Below are positions 25,811-40,050 of a stretch of 64,000 nt of DNA, in pieces (position 1 is the first letter of the stretch; every line of letters begins with the position of its first letter). This stretch comes from Callorhinchus milii (lineage: Eukaryota): contig NW_024704742.1 of the NCBI RefSeq assembly GCF_018977255.1, forward strand, positions 124,250,001 to 124,314,000, read 5' to 3'. Position numbers and translations under genes: made by a program. The notes beneath the pieces were generated by a model, which saw only the letters and a list, made by a program, of their open reading frames with translations, ran no database searches and was not told the origin of the DNA.

Positions 25811-28800
25811 ATATATTCTCTGAAATGTAATGCATCCTTTATTTTCCCAATCTGCTTTACAAGGAACTAGCTTCTGGTACTGTAGAAACTGCCTTGATTT
25901 TTAATAAGATATGGTTTCTATAATGCTGGATCCACATATCTCCGTTTGCAAGCTTGGTTTACAGGTCAATGGGAGTGAAACTGTTTTGTTGGTTGTACAG
26001 AACAAGCTGAAGTGCTTCAGCCAGTGAATTCGCAATGACCAAGAAGCATGGCTGCCTCCAAAACGTAGTGTTTACGTTGTCTTCGGAGACTCTGGCATCG
26101 CAACCTCTTTTTTAATACCATCACCGTCGATGCTGCTGCCAGAATGTGCTTACTGTGCTGCTAACTTTGGCTTCCTAAGCTGCACAGTAAATGGGAATAT
26201 TAGAAGTCCTTGTACCAAAGTAACTAAATTCAGTTTGTCCTTTTACGTTCTCCGGTTCAGCTGTGGCACTTGCTAGACAGACACTGCTCTGAAAAGAACC
26301 TGTTTTAGCAGCTCTCAAGACATCAATTGCTGGCAGAAAATCTTTCATTGCCCAAAGCAAAATCAAACATTTTCACATACTTTTATGCTCATAGATTCCA
26401 TTATTGACCAGTCTCCTAGAAACCTTTGCAGGTGATGTTCTTACGTCTCTTCAGTTTTTCTTAAGGCCTATTTGTTTCAAATGCATTTTTAGCTCATGGC
26501 TGAAGGATTTTTAAAATTTCATTTGCCCACCTTCTCTGTGTTTGTGTTTTCTCTACATTAATTTATAATGCCAATTGGCTCTTTGTGACTCTCTCAAGCA
26601 TTTATTCTGTCTTCTGGGAGCACTGGGAACATTTGTGTTCTACTTTTACTGACTTCACTATTGCACCTTACAAGAGTTATTTTTGGTTGCAGTCTAGTGA
26701 CACATCTGCTCGCCTTAGTGGTTGCTGTGCACAATATTTAGTTAATAGTGACGTTAACAGTGGGACCAAAAATAAAGCGGCAGGTGGTTGCACTTAATGG
26801 ATGGTTCGAAGGTTCTGATGTTTTGCAGTTGTTTCTGATAAGTACGAGGTATTTACAGGTGGTCTCTTATTTTAAAGTATAGATTCTTAGCAACTTAAGC
26901 CCTGCTAAAAATGCCTCCTACTGTACTTGTACTATTTTAGGGTACAGTCGCAGAATTATACATTGGTGGAAGTTATTGTTGCTGTAGTTAATGTTTAAGT
27001 GGATCACAGACCTTTGTGTGTGGCATTAGAACTTTGTTCTTTGGCCTCTGACACGGTTCCCTGAGGCCTATTCCCTGCTTCGTTTAACACAGTGAACAAT
27101 GGTTAAGGCTGTTTACTATGGGACGCAATTCATTTGACCAGCAAAGTTCAAGATTCTGGTGTAGTGATGATAGTGGTTATTTTTATAAGTAATTAATGGA
27201 TAATGTATATAGTGTTAAGCAGCCAAAGTGAAATGGTGAAGGGGGAGGATGGGAATGGAAACTGTAGAACACAGATAATATTCAAATAGGGATTGAGCTT
27301 CAACCTGCAATACACATTTGAGTTTAGCGTATTGTGGAATATTTTCTATAATTCATGCTTGCTTGGTACCGTACAAGCTAAATACATGGCAAAGAATTTT
27401 AACTTGGAATTTGCTTGTCGTTATAATGTTTTTTGAGATGGCAAGCTTAGTGCCTCTGGAACTGCATTTACCACATAGAAATAATTAAAAATATTGTTGT
27501 ACTGTTCTGCAATTTCCTATACACAATGATATTTTTTTCATCTAGGTGCAGATTCTTAGCTTCCAAACATAAATGAAATGTGCATTTTTAGATTATTTGA
27601 ATCAATGTTTATATTATGCATTACGTTAAACAAGAATATTACTTTTTAAAATATCTTTTTGTAAGGAATTTTTTAATGTTTTTACTTATACCTGTATAAC
27701 CAAGCATTTCAAAGTTTAGCAAGGAGTCTCCACAATCACATACCTGTTTTTGCCTTTTTGTAACTCTTAGTATTTTCCTGAACAGGCTGATGAAATCAAC
27801 TTGTAATATATTCATTAGTAACTTCTTTACATTTATTTAAAGAAAAAAAATGCATTCTGTACATTGAGAAAGGAAAGTCAATAACTAAATGTTCTAGAGA
27901 TGGTATTAACCAGTAATTTGTTTACACTCAAAAAATTATTTAAATTCTTTAAGTATAGGAAGCAATTGGGATGGTGAGTGCAGTTCAAATGTAAGAAAAT
28001 TGTAGATGAAAATAAAAGTTGACATTTTGTACTGCAGAGCAGTCTTGTCCCCAATTCCTTTCTTTATGTTCACATTGGATTGCAGTCTTCATTAAAGCAC
28101 AATAGGGGGCCCTCTAGGCTTTGATCTTATACATCATATGCAGAAAGGACTTTCTCCTGTTAATGTCGTGTGTAAATCTGAGGATTTAAGACAGCAATGT
28201 TCAGTCTATTTTTGCACCATGCACAGTCTGTCTCCCCCTATATCATGTTCCAAGATTGTTCTAGTATAGCATTCTAATTTTAATCATGGAAACCTCATGA
28301 TCAGTTTATAAAGGGGCACTCTAATGGGACTATGTGACTGGTGTGACATAAGAATTTTCAATACAATGGGTGGTCAAAATGCTTTTCAAAGGGCAGTCAC
28401 ATTTTGCATACCATTCTTCTGTTGCATTAATTTGGCTTGTTTTGCTGAATATAAAAATGATATTCTTGAGTCATATTTCACGAGTATTAAAATGTGAAAT
28501 TAGTGCATTCTTTGATCCATGTGTGAACAACACTGGTAGCCTCTGATTGCCATATCCAGATGGTGTTACTGGAAACAAACAGTTGTGTTGTAGGATTTCT
28601 CAATAGACTGTCTAGACTAGCCTCACAGGAGACAGATATAGGTTCCCATCAAATTAGCGTTTGTCAGATTTATGGTAATGGTTGGCAAAAGCCTTCCTGT
28701 CACTGACACAAAGATTTATGTTCCAGGGTTTTCTAGCAAACTGATGTCTCTGTTAAAGGATCATTTTATTTATCTGACTTTTTAAATTTTTTAAAAAATA

Positions 28801-31800
28801 GCGCCTTAGTTTGAACTTGAACAATAGGTCATTACAGTTGCTAAACCAGATCAGTTTTGTTTTTTGTGGAACTCAAATTCCCTGAAGTGATAGTGACTGG
28901 ATAAGGTTAGATTCAACAATGTTCCTGTCTCCCATTTGTCCCCTTCTGGAAAGAAAAACATGTATGCGGATTACTATGGGTGATTTTTGCACTTTCATGT
29001 TGGTACACTGAAGTAATTTGAGCCTTTCCCCCTACTCAGTGGGAATCACCTTTTGACAGGCAGTTCGTCCATTCTCAGTAGAAATGTTTTTCCAAGTCTG
29101 CCCAGATCTTCTTTGATCCTTTGGTCTCAAATTTAGTGTTTGCAGCTACTAAGTTAGGTGAGGAGTTGATGGTTGTTACAGGGCAGAGTGAGAGAAAGAT
29201 TGTTACTGGGCAAAGACAAAGGTTATTAAAATAAACAAATTGGTTAGTACCAAATGCAGCGCTTCTGGGAATCTGGTCCTATGGCTTGGTAAATTAAGAG
29301 AACCACAGTGTAATGTAGTCTTTCCAGTTAAGATTACTGATAATTGAATGAATCGCACTATGTGTATGCATGGGAATGTGAAACACAATGGTGCCTTTTG
29401 ACTGCAACAGCATTTCAAAAATGCTGGATGTGACGGTGTCGATTTTACAGCCATGGAAGTTCTGTTTCAAGTTACTGCAAGGTTAAATTAAAGATAATGA
29501 ATAATTCTCAGTAACAGACTACTGCACGATAAATGTTACTTCTGTATACAATGTCATCTGTTCCCAACCAAGGACGTTTTTCTCAGAATAAGGCTTAATC
29601 TGTCCAAACCCAGTTAAAGTGAAACGGTGCTTAATGTTACCAACTGTTCTGGAACTGACCCTATGTGATTTAGACATCACAGGAGTCTGAACACTTGTTA
29701 GTTTGTGCAGTAAAATAATCTCCAATCTAAATGTTCTTACGGCAAGAAAAACAATGAATACTTTTGAATTGTTTACAATAATTAGTAAATTTTAAAGGAT
29801 GATCTTGACTGGAAGAGATTGACAACATCTTTAATTGCAGTTTTAAAAGTCCAAAAGAATGGGAGAAGCAGGAGGAGGGAGGTTTATTTTCTAGAAATAA
29901 CCATCCCTGTGTTCCTCATAAGAAAAGATAATATTCTGATGACATTTGCATTATTGTCCAGACATACTGATATAAGCACAATATTGTAACAATAATCCTA
30001 AATAATAATCCCTGCATTTGATATAATGCCTTACCACTTTGTGGAGACATCTCAAAGTGCTTCACATGATATACTTTAAGGTGGATTGACTGTGTATTTT
30101 ATGGGTGAAAACAGAGTAGACAGTCGCGAACAGCAATCAATGTCAACAATTTATTATCTTATTTCACCTGGGAAATATGTACATTTGCAAGTAATTCTGG
30201 GTATCGTCATTAATGGTTTCTGGATAAATATATTAAAGTCTTATTTTTCACAATTGTGCGTTTTTTTTATTTGCTATCCTTATAATTCGTCGCTTGTTAT
30301 GTATTGACCATTTCTTGTCGAAAGTATTTATACAAATTTTATTTATAAATTTTCTGGCTTGGGATAGATTTTTACTGGAAAAGGTGAAGAGAAATCTTCT
30401 TTAGTGGGCAAATGTAAAATTATCCTATTTGGCTAGGAGTTTCTCCTATCCATTTTGTACAAACAATTAGACTTTCTGGGAACAGCAAGCAAGCAGCTTT
30501 ATAGGTTGACAAATATCCAAAGAAAATATTTTTAATGTGACCAGTGTTTCTAGTTCTCCACCAGACAATCAGAAGCATTCTAATCCACTGGGTTGTGGAT
30601 TTTATATTATTGCTGAATAGGTTTACGAGACTTCAAAGTCATTCAATATAAATAATTAAGAGACCAAGTTAAATTGTGAAATACTCTTTTAGGAGGAAAA
30701 CAAGCCATCCAAATTTTTTAATTAAATTAAACTACATCCTGCAAAGCTGCTGTAAAGTACAATTATCAGACTGCTCTGAGCAGCTTGTTAAATTGTGTGC
30801 TGGTTTCAATGTGAGTGCACACCGAACATTTTATTTTTTTGTGTGGATTCAAATTGTATTAAATGTGATATTCACTACAAAAGAGAATCATTTGTAAGAT
30901 TAGTTCTTGGATTTTTACGGGATACCTAAATGCACCTCACTGACTCATTGTCAGCATTTCGAGATGCTGTCCCACATGATGGGTACAATATAAATGCGAG
31001 TTGTTGTTGTTAATCTTAGCCTGCTTTTTAAAAAAATGCAGGTTATTACATTGTTCTTTCATAAACTGGAACTTTTTCCTCTGTGGGATAGCCGCATATA
31101 TTTTACATATGTTCAAAAACCTCAAGTTTTCAGATGGACAGTGGACAGATGTGAAATTATTGTCATGGGTGAGTTAGTGACTATTACTAGAATACAACAT
31201 GTGCATTGGATATTGTAAGAGATGTAGTATTTAGCAGTCTACCAAAAATAATTAAGAATCTGGGGATGTTGGATTGTTATATTGTTAGTTTTCATTGCAA
31301 TAAAAATCTTGACCAATAATCACTAAAGAGACAAAATTGTATAAGAGCAAAATGTGAACTTTAGGTCCAGCCAGTTAGACCATAGCGGTCTTTTACATTC
31401 CTGAGTATTGTTACGTTCCTTTGGGGGGAGAATTAGTTTACGTTTGCAGCACTTGATAATTCACAAATGAAATTGATCTTTTAAGTTTTTTTTTATTGTG
31501 TGCTTGTGTTCATATATATATATATATTGCGGAGAGAGGAAGAAACATACTGACATAAAGACGGTAGTTGAGGAATGGAATTACTATTTATTTTAAAACA
31601 ATGGGGAATAGCAATTGTGTAAAATTCATTTGCGGCTAACTGAAATTGCCATTTTCTTCAACTTTATTAAATATTAAATTGTTGATGGCAACAAGTGCAA
31701 TGAATGATTGCTTTTAAAAACTAAATGCAATAAGATTATAAACCAGACACATTTTTTAGCAGGGTAAACTGTATCTCGGGAAATGGCAGATTTGTCAAAT

Positions 31801-32825
31801 TTATTTTTCACACCAGAGGTTCAAAATTTCTCATGCTTTTAAGCTTTCAGTTTGGGGTCTTCAAATTTATTGATGCAAAATTGTGGAAGATGTTTAAATT
31901 GAATCTTAATTTAATTTGCTAAAAGGAAATGCATGTTTAGCATGCTTCCCACCCCCCCACTCCCCCCCCCCACCACCCTTTAGAAGTGTAACAGCCGTGC
32001 ATGATGTAGTGTAACATTTATGTAAAGTAATTGTGCTTACTTTTTGATGTATGGTGTCAGGTAGGTATTTTAAATAGAAATGTGAGGTCACCCTTGCTGT
32101 GCAGAGGCTATGATGAGCAGAATGTCTGCGTCTGGTTTTGAACACTATTCTCTTGTTTTTTGGGCTTATTTGCTTTTGACAAGAATACATTACTGGTAGG
32201 CCATACACAACATTCTCTTTCAGCGCTAAATGATGAGGCGGTAAGATGAAAGAACTATTACATTAAAACTCTTTATTTGCATATATTTAATTGAAGTACT
32301 GTATAAGCCTGCACAAATGTTCATCAACTTATACCTTTCAGCTGATCACAACTGCATTTGCTTTGAGTGACGTTTATCAGAGTACTTTCACTTTGGCTAT
32401 GGAAGCTGACATAATTTCACTTCCATAGCATTCTCTTACTGTGAGAGCAAAATAAGAGAAACATGCAACAATAAGCTGGATAGCAAAAGAGAGAGAGAAT
32501 TAAATCATTGGCACCAAGAAATCGCAAATGCCAGATGATAGAAGAATAATGGGGAGGAAGAGTTAGAAAGAGAGTCCAAGAAAAAATATTGCACTGATTT
32601 AACTTTTTCTTAATCCTGTGTGAAAGCATATATGATGTGAAATTCCAGCAGGGTCTCGATTTATCTTATTTATGTAGCATTTCAGATTTTGGCAAATTGT
32701 TGAATTCAGTCTTAAATTTCAAGCTGCTTTTCTGTAATTCCAAAGAAAATATTCCCATCATTCCCCAACAATCAAGTCGTGAACTACATTGTGAAGTTGG
32801 GGGAGGTGGAACTCCTTGCAGGAGA

Positions 32826-33287
32826 ATGAGCACCAAACTCCGCTCCCCGATCACCCCAGTCCTTGCCAGACTGCACTGGCTGCCTGTCCCAGAGAAAATC
32901 GTCTCCAAGATCCTCATCCTTGTCTTCAAATGCCTCCACACCTCTGCACCCTCCTACCCCTCTGATCTCCTCTCTCCTCACAATAGTGCCCGTTGCCTTC
33001 GTTCCTCCGGGTCTGGCCTCCTCCTTGTCCTCCGAGTCCTCCGCTCCACCCTCGGCTGCCGGGCCTTCAGCCACTATGCCCCGAGGCTCTGGAACTCCCT
33101 TCCTCACTCCCTTCGCCTCGCGCCCTCTCTTCCTATTTTCAAGTCTCTGCTGAAGACCTTTTCGACCATGCCTTTGGTCACCTTCCTCTCCCTCCCCCTG
33201 GCTTGTCCCCAGGATCTGTCACTGTGAAGCACTCTGAGACTCTGTTCGGCGTGGAGGGCGCTATATAAATCCAAGTTGTTGTTGTTT
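32826..33287 (+). mobile_element. L2 3' fragment (subfamily A)
   Basis: [28 protein letters not shown]; tail ggagggcgctatataaatccaagttgttg. Confidence 0.92.
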
Positions 33288-33440
33288 TCCCACCTCTTTG
33301 GCTCTTGTGCTTTACCTAAAAGACTTTTGTACTAATGCTAAAAGCAATACAAATGATTTATTTCAATGAGATATGGATTTAAGATGTGAGTTACAGTATT
33401 AACAATAATAATACGCCTTGCATTTGATACAGCACCATTG

Positions 33441-33875
33441 AGACAACAACAAGATTCCATTTATTGAGCGCCTTTCACGTCGGGAGGACGTCCCAAGGCG
33501 CTGTACAGTTGGGTCAGGACCCAAGCAGGGGGGAAATGGTCAGGGTGAGGGGAGGGAAGGGAGGGAGCGAGGAGGGGGTAGAGAGTCGAGAGGGGAGCTG
33601 AAGGCACGGTCAAAGAGAAAGGTCTTGAGACCGGCCTTGAAGGAGGAAAGGGAGGAGGCGGCGAAGGCACTGGGGGATAGAGTTCCAGAGTCTGGGGGCT
33701 GAAAGGCTGAAGGCCCGGCCACCGATGGTAGGGCGGTTGGGGCGGGGGTTGTGGAGCAGACCGGAGCCAGAGGAACGGAGGGTACGGGCAAGTAGGTAGG
33801 GGGATAGTAGGTCGGAGAGGTAGGAAGGAGCAAGGCCATGAATGGCCTTGTAGGTGAGGATGAGGATCTTGAATT
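33441..33875 (-). mobile_element. L2 3' fragment (subfamily B)
   Basis: Reverse complement of about 25205-25690. Confidence 0.92.
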
Positions 33876-35725
33876 CTCAATCTTGATTCTCAAAAATCTT
33901 GAGACGTCTCAACGGGCTTCACAGAATATATTGTGAAGTGACTGTGTATTTTATTGCGCACAGCAGTGTCCCACAAAAAGTCGTGGATTGAGTAACCAAA
34001 TTATTATTACTGGAAGCAATCCCCCAATCAACTAACACCATTATATGTTATACATTAATGGTATTGCACAGAGATTTACAAAATAGGGCTCAAGATTGGT
34101 TTAAAGTTGTACATGGAAATAATTTCCGTATGGAAATTCTTCCTGAATAGATTCTTCAAATACTATGATAGTTTGACCTGCATTAATTTTACTGTTAGAT
34201 GATATTAATATGGCAGTTGTTTGCAAACTAGGATTTTGCCCAAAGCATGTTTTCCAATGCAAATGATCTGTTGCCTGTTACACAAAATACTGTACCGCTG
34301 TTTATAATAGAACAATAATATCTGCATTTGATATAGCCTTATCATACTGTCAAAACCTCTCAAAGCAATTCACAGGATTTACTGTAAAGTGCGGTGACAG
34401 TGTATTTTTACACTGAACACGACAGCCAATTTGCGCCCAGCGATGTCTCACAAACAGCCATGAAGTGAATTTTATTGTATATAGTACAATCAGAATTAGC
34501 ACTTCCATATATCAAGAAGATCATCATTGCAAACCACAATGAAATAAGTGCCTACAGATGCTTGCAGTTTGTTGGATTGATTTACTTTTATTTATATTGG
34601 ATTAGTTGGTCCCATTCGCTTCTGCCAATTTTATTCAGCTGCCAATTGATATACTGTACGAAGAGGAACTTGCATTTGTATAGCATTTAACACGTCAACA
34701 TCTCAAAGTGCTTCAGAAGTGATCACTGTCAAATATAATAACTGTTTTGGAGGGAATCACCGCAACTGTTTGTACCAGCAGTGTCCCACAAGTAGGCTGG
34801 AGTGAATAACTAATCTGGAAGATTGTTGGCTAAGGCACAAGGGGAAATTTGCTTCTCTTTTTGAATAGTTTTCTGGGATAGTTAGCATTCACTTTAAAGC
34901 AACATCTCATCCAACAAATGAAAGACTTTATACTGCACTTTTGGCATGCGGCCTGTGCCGAAAAGAGTGACATGCTGATGCTAAAATCAGCACTGCTGGT
35001 GTGATATAATAATAATAAAGAATTTTATTCCTTGCAGTAAGCTATGGCTTTACGATATGAATCAGTGTATTGCTCAGATTTTCAAAGTGATGCTCGAGAC
35101 TGATTTAGGTGAAATGTACTATAAAAAAGCAACAAAATATTACACAAAGAATGCATATTGTAACAAATGGTCTGAGGCACCCATAATGTTGGCCTGGAAA
35201 TGCTTCAAGGAGAGAGCAATATCAGCATTTTTCAAACCATCATAGCTAAGAGATTTCTTTGAATTTTTTTAGATTGATTGCAGTGAAAATGATAGTGAGT
35301 TCTATCTTAGCTCTCAAAAAGCATTGATGAAGTCCTAACAAGAACTGTGGATAAAATTGAGACTAAGACACAAGATAGGGGTATAAATTGAGCAAATGTT
35401 AACTAATTTTCAAGGATAGTTCTTATTGTGTATTTGTAACTTTGATTCTCCACCCTAGGAATTCTTCCCTGCTGCAGGGCAACTGTGTCAAAGCTCCCCC
35501 ATCATCCAAATATTGTTTTTTTTTGTTCACTAACTCACAGCTGGACAATGTAGCTAAGTGCGCTATTTACCCATTTATTGAGGGCGAGTTATCCAGCAGT
35601 CATCACAAGTAGAATGTCGTGTATATGTATAGATCTGAATCCAAGACCTGCACTATGTAGATCTCCATTTACACAGTGTTGTAAATGGAGTATTTCACCC
35701 ACAAAATACATAGTCAATCCACTTT

Positions 35726-38700
35726 AACAACAACAACTTGGATTTATATAGCACCCTCCATGCTGGACGGTGTCTCAAAGCGCTTCACAGTAACGGATCC
35801 CGGGGCTGAGCCAGGGGTAGGGGGAGGAAGGTGACCAAAGGCGCGGTTGAAAAGAGAGTTCTTCAGCCGAGACCTGAAAATAGGAAGAGAGGGGACGAGG
35901 CGAAGCGAGTGAGGAAAGGAGTTCCAGAGCTTCGGGGCATAGTGGCTGAAGGCACAGCCGCCGAGGGTGGAGCGGAGGACTCAGGGGTCGAAGAGGAGGC
36001 AAGACCCAGTGGAACGAAGGTTACGGGCACTATTTTGAGGAGCGAGGAGGTCAGAGAGGTAGGGGGGCGCAGCTAAGTGGAGGGATTTAAGACAAGGGTG
36101 AGGATCTGGAAGTCGATCCTCTCTGGGACAGGCAGCCAGTGCAGTCTGGCAAGGACTAAGGTGATCGGGGAGCAGAGTTTGGTGCGGGTGAGAATGCGGG
36201 CGGCAGAGTTTTGTATAATCTGGATTTTATGGATGGTAGTGGATGGGAGACCAGCGAGGAGGGCGTTTGAAATAGTCCAGCTGAGAGGTGACAAAGGCAT
36301 GGACCAGGGTTTCAGCAGCTTTTGGAGTGAGGTATTGGCGAAGACGGGTGATGCGTCGGAGGTGGAAGAAAGCAGTGCTGGTGAGGGACCGGACGTGGGG
36401 GAGGAAGGATAATTGGGGGTCGAACCTAGCGCCTAGGTTGTGTACGGGTTCAGAGAGTTTTAGGGGGAGGTCGGATAGGTGGAGGAGGTGAGAACCATGA
36501 GATTTTAGATGTTGATGAGAGCCAAAGAGTATGGCTTCCGTCTTGTCAACGTTCAGCTGAAGGAAATGTGTGCTCATCCAACCCCTGAGGTCTGACAGAC
36601 AGGCTGACAGAACGTCAGGGGACTCGTGGTCGCAAAGAGAGGTGGAAAAATAGAGTTGGGTGTCGTCCGCATACATGTGGAAGTGTACCCCATGTCTGCG
36701 GATGACATCCCCAAGAGGGAGCATGTAGATCAGAAGGAGGAGGGGGCCAAGGATGGATCCTTGGGGTACACTGCAGGTAACCGGGTGAGAGCGGGAGGAG
36801 AAGCCGTTTGTGCAGATGTACTGCTGGCGGTTTGTGAGGTAGGGCTCGAACCAGGCGAGTGCGGTCCAACTGAGGTGGATGATGGAGGAAAGGCAGTGGA
36901 GGAGGATGGCGTGATCGACTGTGTCGAACCTGGCGGAGAGGTCAAGGAGGACAAGGAGGCAGAGGGAACCCTGGTCACAGATAGAGAGGATGTCACTTGT
37001 AACTTTCACAAGCGCAGGCTCTGTACTGTGGGCAGGGAGGAAACTGGACTGGAGGGGTTCGAAGAGGGAGTGAGAGGAGAGGTGTGTGCGGAGTTGATTG
37101 GTAAGGGCAGGTTAGAAATAGGGCGGTAGTGGGTGACTAGCAAGTTGGTGGGGAGGGGGTCGAGGCAGCAGGTGGTGGGTTTCATTGAGGTGATTGTGGG
37201 TGAGAGGGAGGGAGAGATTGGGAGGAAGGAATGTAGGAGCAGATGAATGGGAGGATGAGGGGGACAGAGAGGGCATGGTGGTGGGTGACAAGAGGCAGGT
37301 GGATGAGGCTGCCTGGCGGATGTTGTGTATTTCAGATGAAAAGAAGTCCATGACTTGGTATTGGATATGAAGATTGAGGAGGCCTGAGTGGGGGCACGGA
37401 GTAGGTAGTGGGTGGTGGAAAAAAGGATTTTAGGGTTGTGTTTAGCCTCCAAGGTGATGTTGGAGTAGAAGGCCAGGTTTCTACCATCTGCGTTCGAGCA
37501 GCCGGGTTTGAGTTTTTAGGGTGTGGAGATGGTTGTTGTACCAGGGAGATTGGGTGGGTTTGGAGATGGTCCTGGATTTCAGGGGGACGAGGGAGTTGAA
37601 GGGGGAGGAGAGGAGATCATGGAGCAGCTGGACGGCTGCTTCAGGATCTCCCCCGGTGGAAGGCCAGAGGGATAGGATGTTTGTTGATGTTAGGGTCTTT
37701 TTGAGGGTCTCAGGGGCTAGCCTTTTCCAAGGGCGGTAGAGAATGGTTGAGGGTTTGGTGGAGGAGAGAGGGATGTGAGAGGAGAAGGAGGTGAGGAAGT
37801 GGTCCGAGATGGCCTTGTCCACAATGCTGAGGTCGGAAATGTCAAGGCCGTGGGTGATAATGAGATCAAGGGGATGACCACGGTGGTGGGTAGGTGAATT
37901 TATGTGAAGGGTGAGGTTTAGGGAGGAGGAGGGCAGTGAAGTGGTGCAGGGGGAGTTTAAGTGGAGGTTGAAATCACCCATTATGAGCAGGTGTTCGGAG
38001 CAGAGGGACAGGGAAGAGAGGAGAGTAGAGATGTCTGTGTGGAAGGAGCCGGGGGGCTTAGGAGCTAAGCGAGACACCTGGGTTCAATTCCAGGCAGAGG
38101 GCGAAACCTTGGGCAAGTTTTTTTACTCTACAGGCCTAATAATAATCCCTCCAAAAAACAAAACAATAATAAATTGGTCATTTTCAATCCACGATTGTTT
38201 GTGGGACACTGCTGTGCACAATTGGCTGCCGCGTTTTGCTCACGAATGTACAGTCAATTCACTTTACAGCATATTCTGTGAAGCGCTTTGAGACGTTGAG
38301 AAGACGTGAAAAACCCTATATGAAATGCAAGGATTATGAAGGATTATTTAGGGGTGCGGTAGACAAGGAGGATTTTCAGAGGGAGAGAAGGATGGAAGAA
38401 GGTGAGGTCCTCGAAGGAGGGGAAGCAGCCCGAGGAGCAGGGGGTAAGACCAAGGGAGGCTTTGGAAATGAAGGCCACTCCGCCACCACATTGGTTTGGG
38501 GAGGCTTCAACTAGGGGGATGGGGTCATTGGAGAGCCAGCTTTCAGTGAGCCTAAGAATGTCAAGTTGCTCGTCCAGGGTGAGGTTGTGGATTGGGAGGG
38601 CTTTGTTTGAGAGGGAACGGACGTTTTGGAGGGAAATGTGGATGGGTTTGCTGGAGGGAGGGGTGAGGGAGGAGAGAGTGATGCGGAGAGGATTATAGGG

Positions 38701-39113
38701 TGTAGAGGAGAGATGGCTGTGGAGTGTGGTGTGAGTGGAGAGTTGGGGAGGGTACATATGAGGGAGGGGGGTGTTGGGTTTGCCTTAAGGAGGCAGTTTG
38801 AGTGGAGGGAGTGAATGATGGGACACGTGGGGTTGCTGCTCTGGGACAGCCAGTGCCGGGAGCCATGAGGATGCCCAGGCTGGAGCAGAGGGAAGTGGTG
38901 ATGGGATCAAGGAGAGAGACAAAGCGGGGCGAGCGATGGGAGAGGGGGCAGAGGGGGAGTAGCAGATAGACGGGGGTGGGACGAGGGACATAGAGGGGGG
39001 TGGGAGGAAAGACATTTAGAGTGGAGGGGGAGGCTCGGGTCAGGGTGGCAGCCAAAACGCGCACGCAGAGACCGGGAGCGAGCGATCAGTGGGACGGCAT
39101 CAGCCCGAGGGCT
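35726..39113 (-). mobile_element. Near-full-length decayed L2 LINE (subfamily A)
   Basis: Minus-strand ORFs contain [39 protein letters not shown]. Homologous to about 6615-9955. Confidence 0.95.
38066..38346 (+). mobile_element. 5'-truncated tRNA/Deu SINE inserted in L2
   Basis: Interrupts L2 at ggcttagg|...|ttaggggtgcgg, with a short ttagg duplication. Confidence 0.9.
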
Positions 39114-39629
39114 GATTCTGATTCTATATTCTGTGAAGCGCTTTGAGACTTCTCAACGACATGATCAGGCACTGTATCAGGATTATTATTGGGACGTCCT
39201 CCCGACATGAAAGCCGCTATACAAATGTAATTTTGTTGTTGTTGTTGTGTTGCTCCGTATTTTGGAAGTAGCACGAGCACCAAGGATATGTGGCCAGATA
39301 TTGAGTAGAGTTTATTTTAATTTAAATTTGAAGCTAATACATTTTAATGCTCTTCTGAAAGATCGTTTGTTGTCTCAAGTGCTCCATTCAATTTCCAAAG
39401 TAATTTAATGGGAGGACCAATGAAGGAAAAGTTGATTCTTGCCAGTATAATACTAGAAGGTGAAGGTATTTAGTTTTACCTTGAGATAGATACCCTATTG
39501 TGTGTTGTACTGGAGAGTCTGCTATATTCCTAATGCTTGGTTATGTACTGTTCATTTGAGGTGTGGATTAGCTGCTTGTGCTCTTTGATAATTCACTTTA
39601 ATTGTTTTTGAATACCCTTAAAACATAAA

Positions 39630-40050
39630 AATAATAATCATTTACATTTGGTTAGCAGCTTTCATGTCAGGAGGACATCCCAAAGCGCTTCAAAGGATTT
39701 TACTGTAAGGTGCAATGACTGAGTGTTTGGGTGAATGGGGCAGTCAATTTTTGTACAGCGATGTCCCTCAAACAACCATGAGGTGAATGACCAATTTTAT
39801 TTGTTGGATTGTTGGCCAGGACATCGGGAACCAAACTCCCTTCTCTTTTTGAGTAGAGCCATGGGATCTTTAATGCCCAACTGAACTGGCAAACAATGCT
39901 TTGGTTTAACACCTACGTAAAACAATGCAGCACAACACACCCTCAGCACTGCTTTGGATTGTCAGGGTAGACAAAATGAGTTTCATGTCCCAACGTGGGG
40001 CTTCAACCAACAACCTTCTGTCTCAGAAGTGAGAGTGTTACCAACTAAAC
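39630..40050 (-). mobile_element. Old SacSINE1-like DeuSINE
   Basis: Reverse of the 45231-type element: gttggccaggacatcggga, ccatgggatctttaatg, head aaccttctgtctcagaagtgagagtg. Confidence 0.8.

Noticed and set aside
28960..28985. atgtatgcggattactatgg as ARL15 exon 1
   Set aside because: Only superficial similarity to YMDYL; no MSDLRITEAF-like sequence. Exon 1 is probably upstream of the window.
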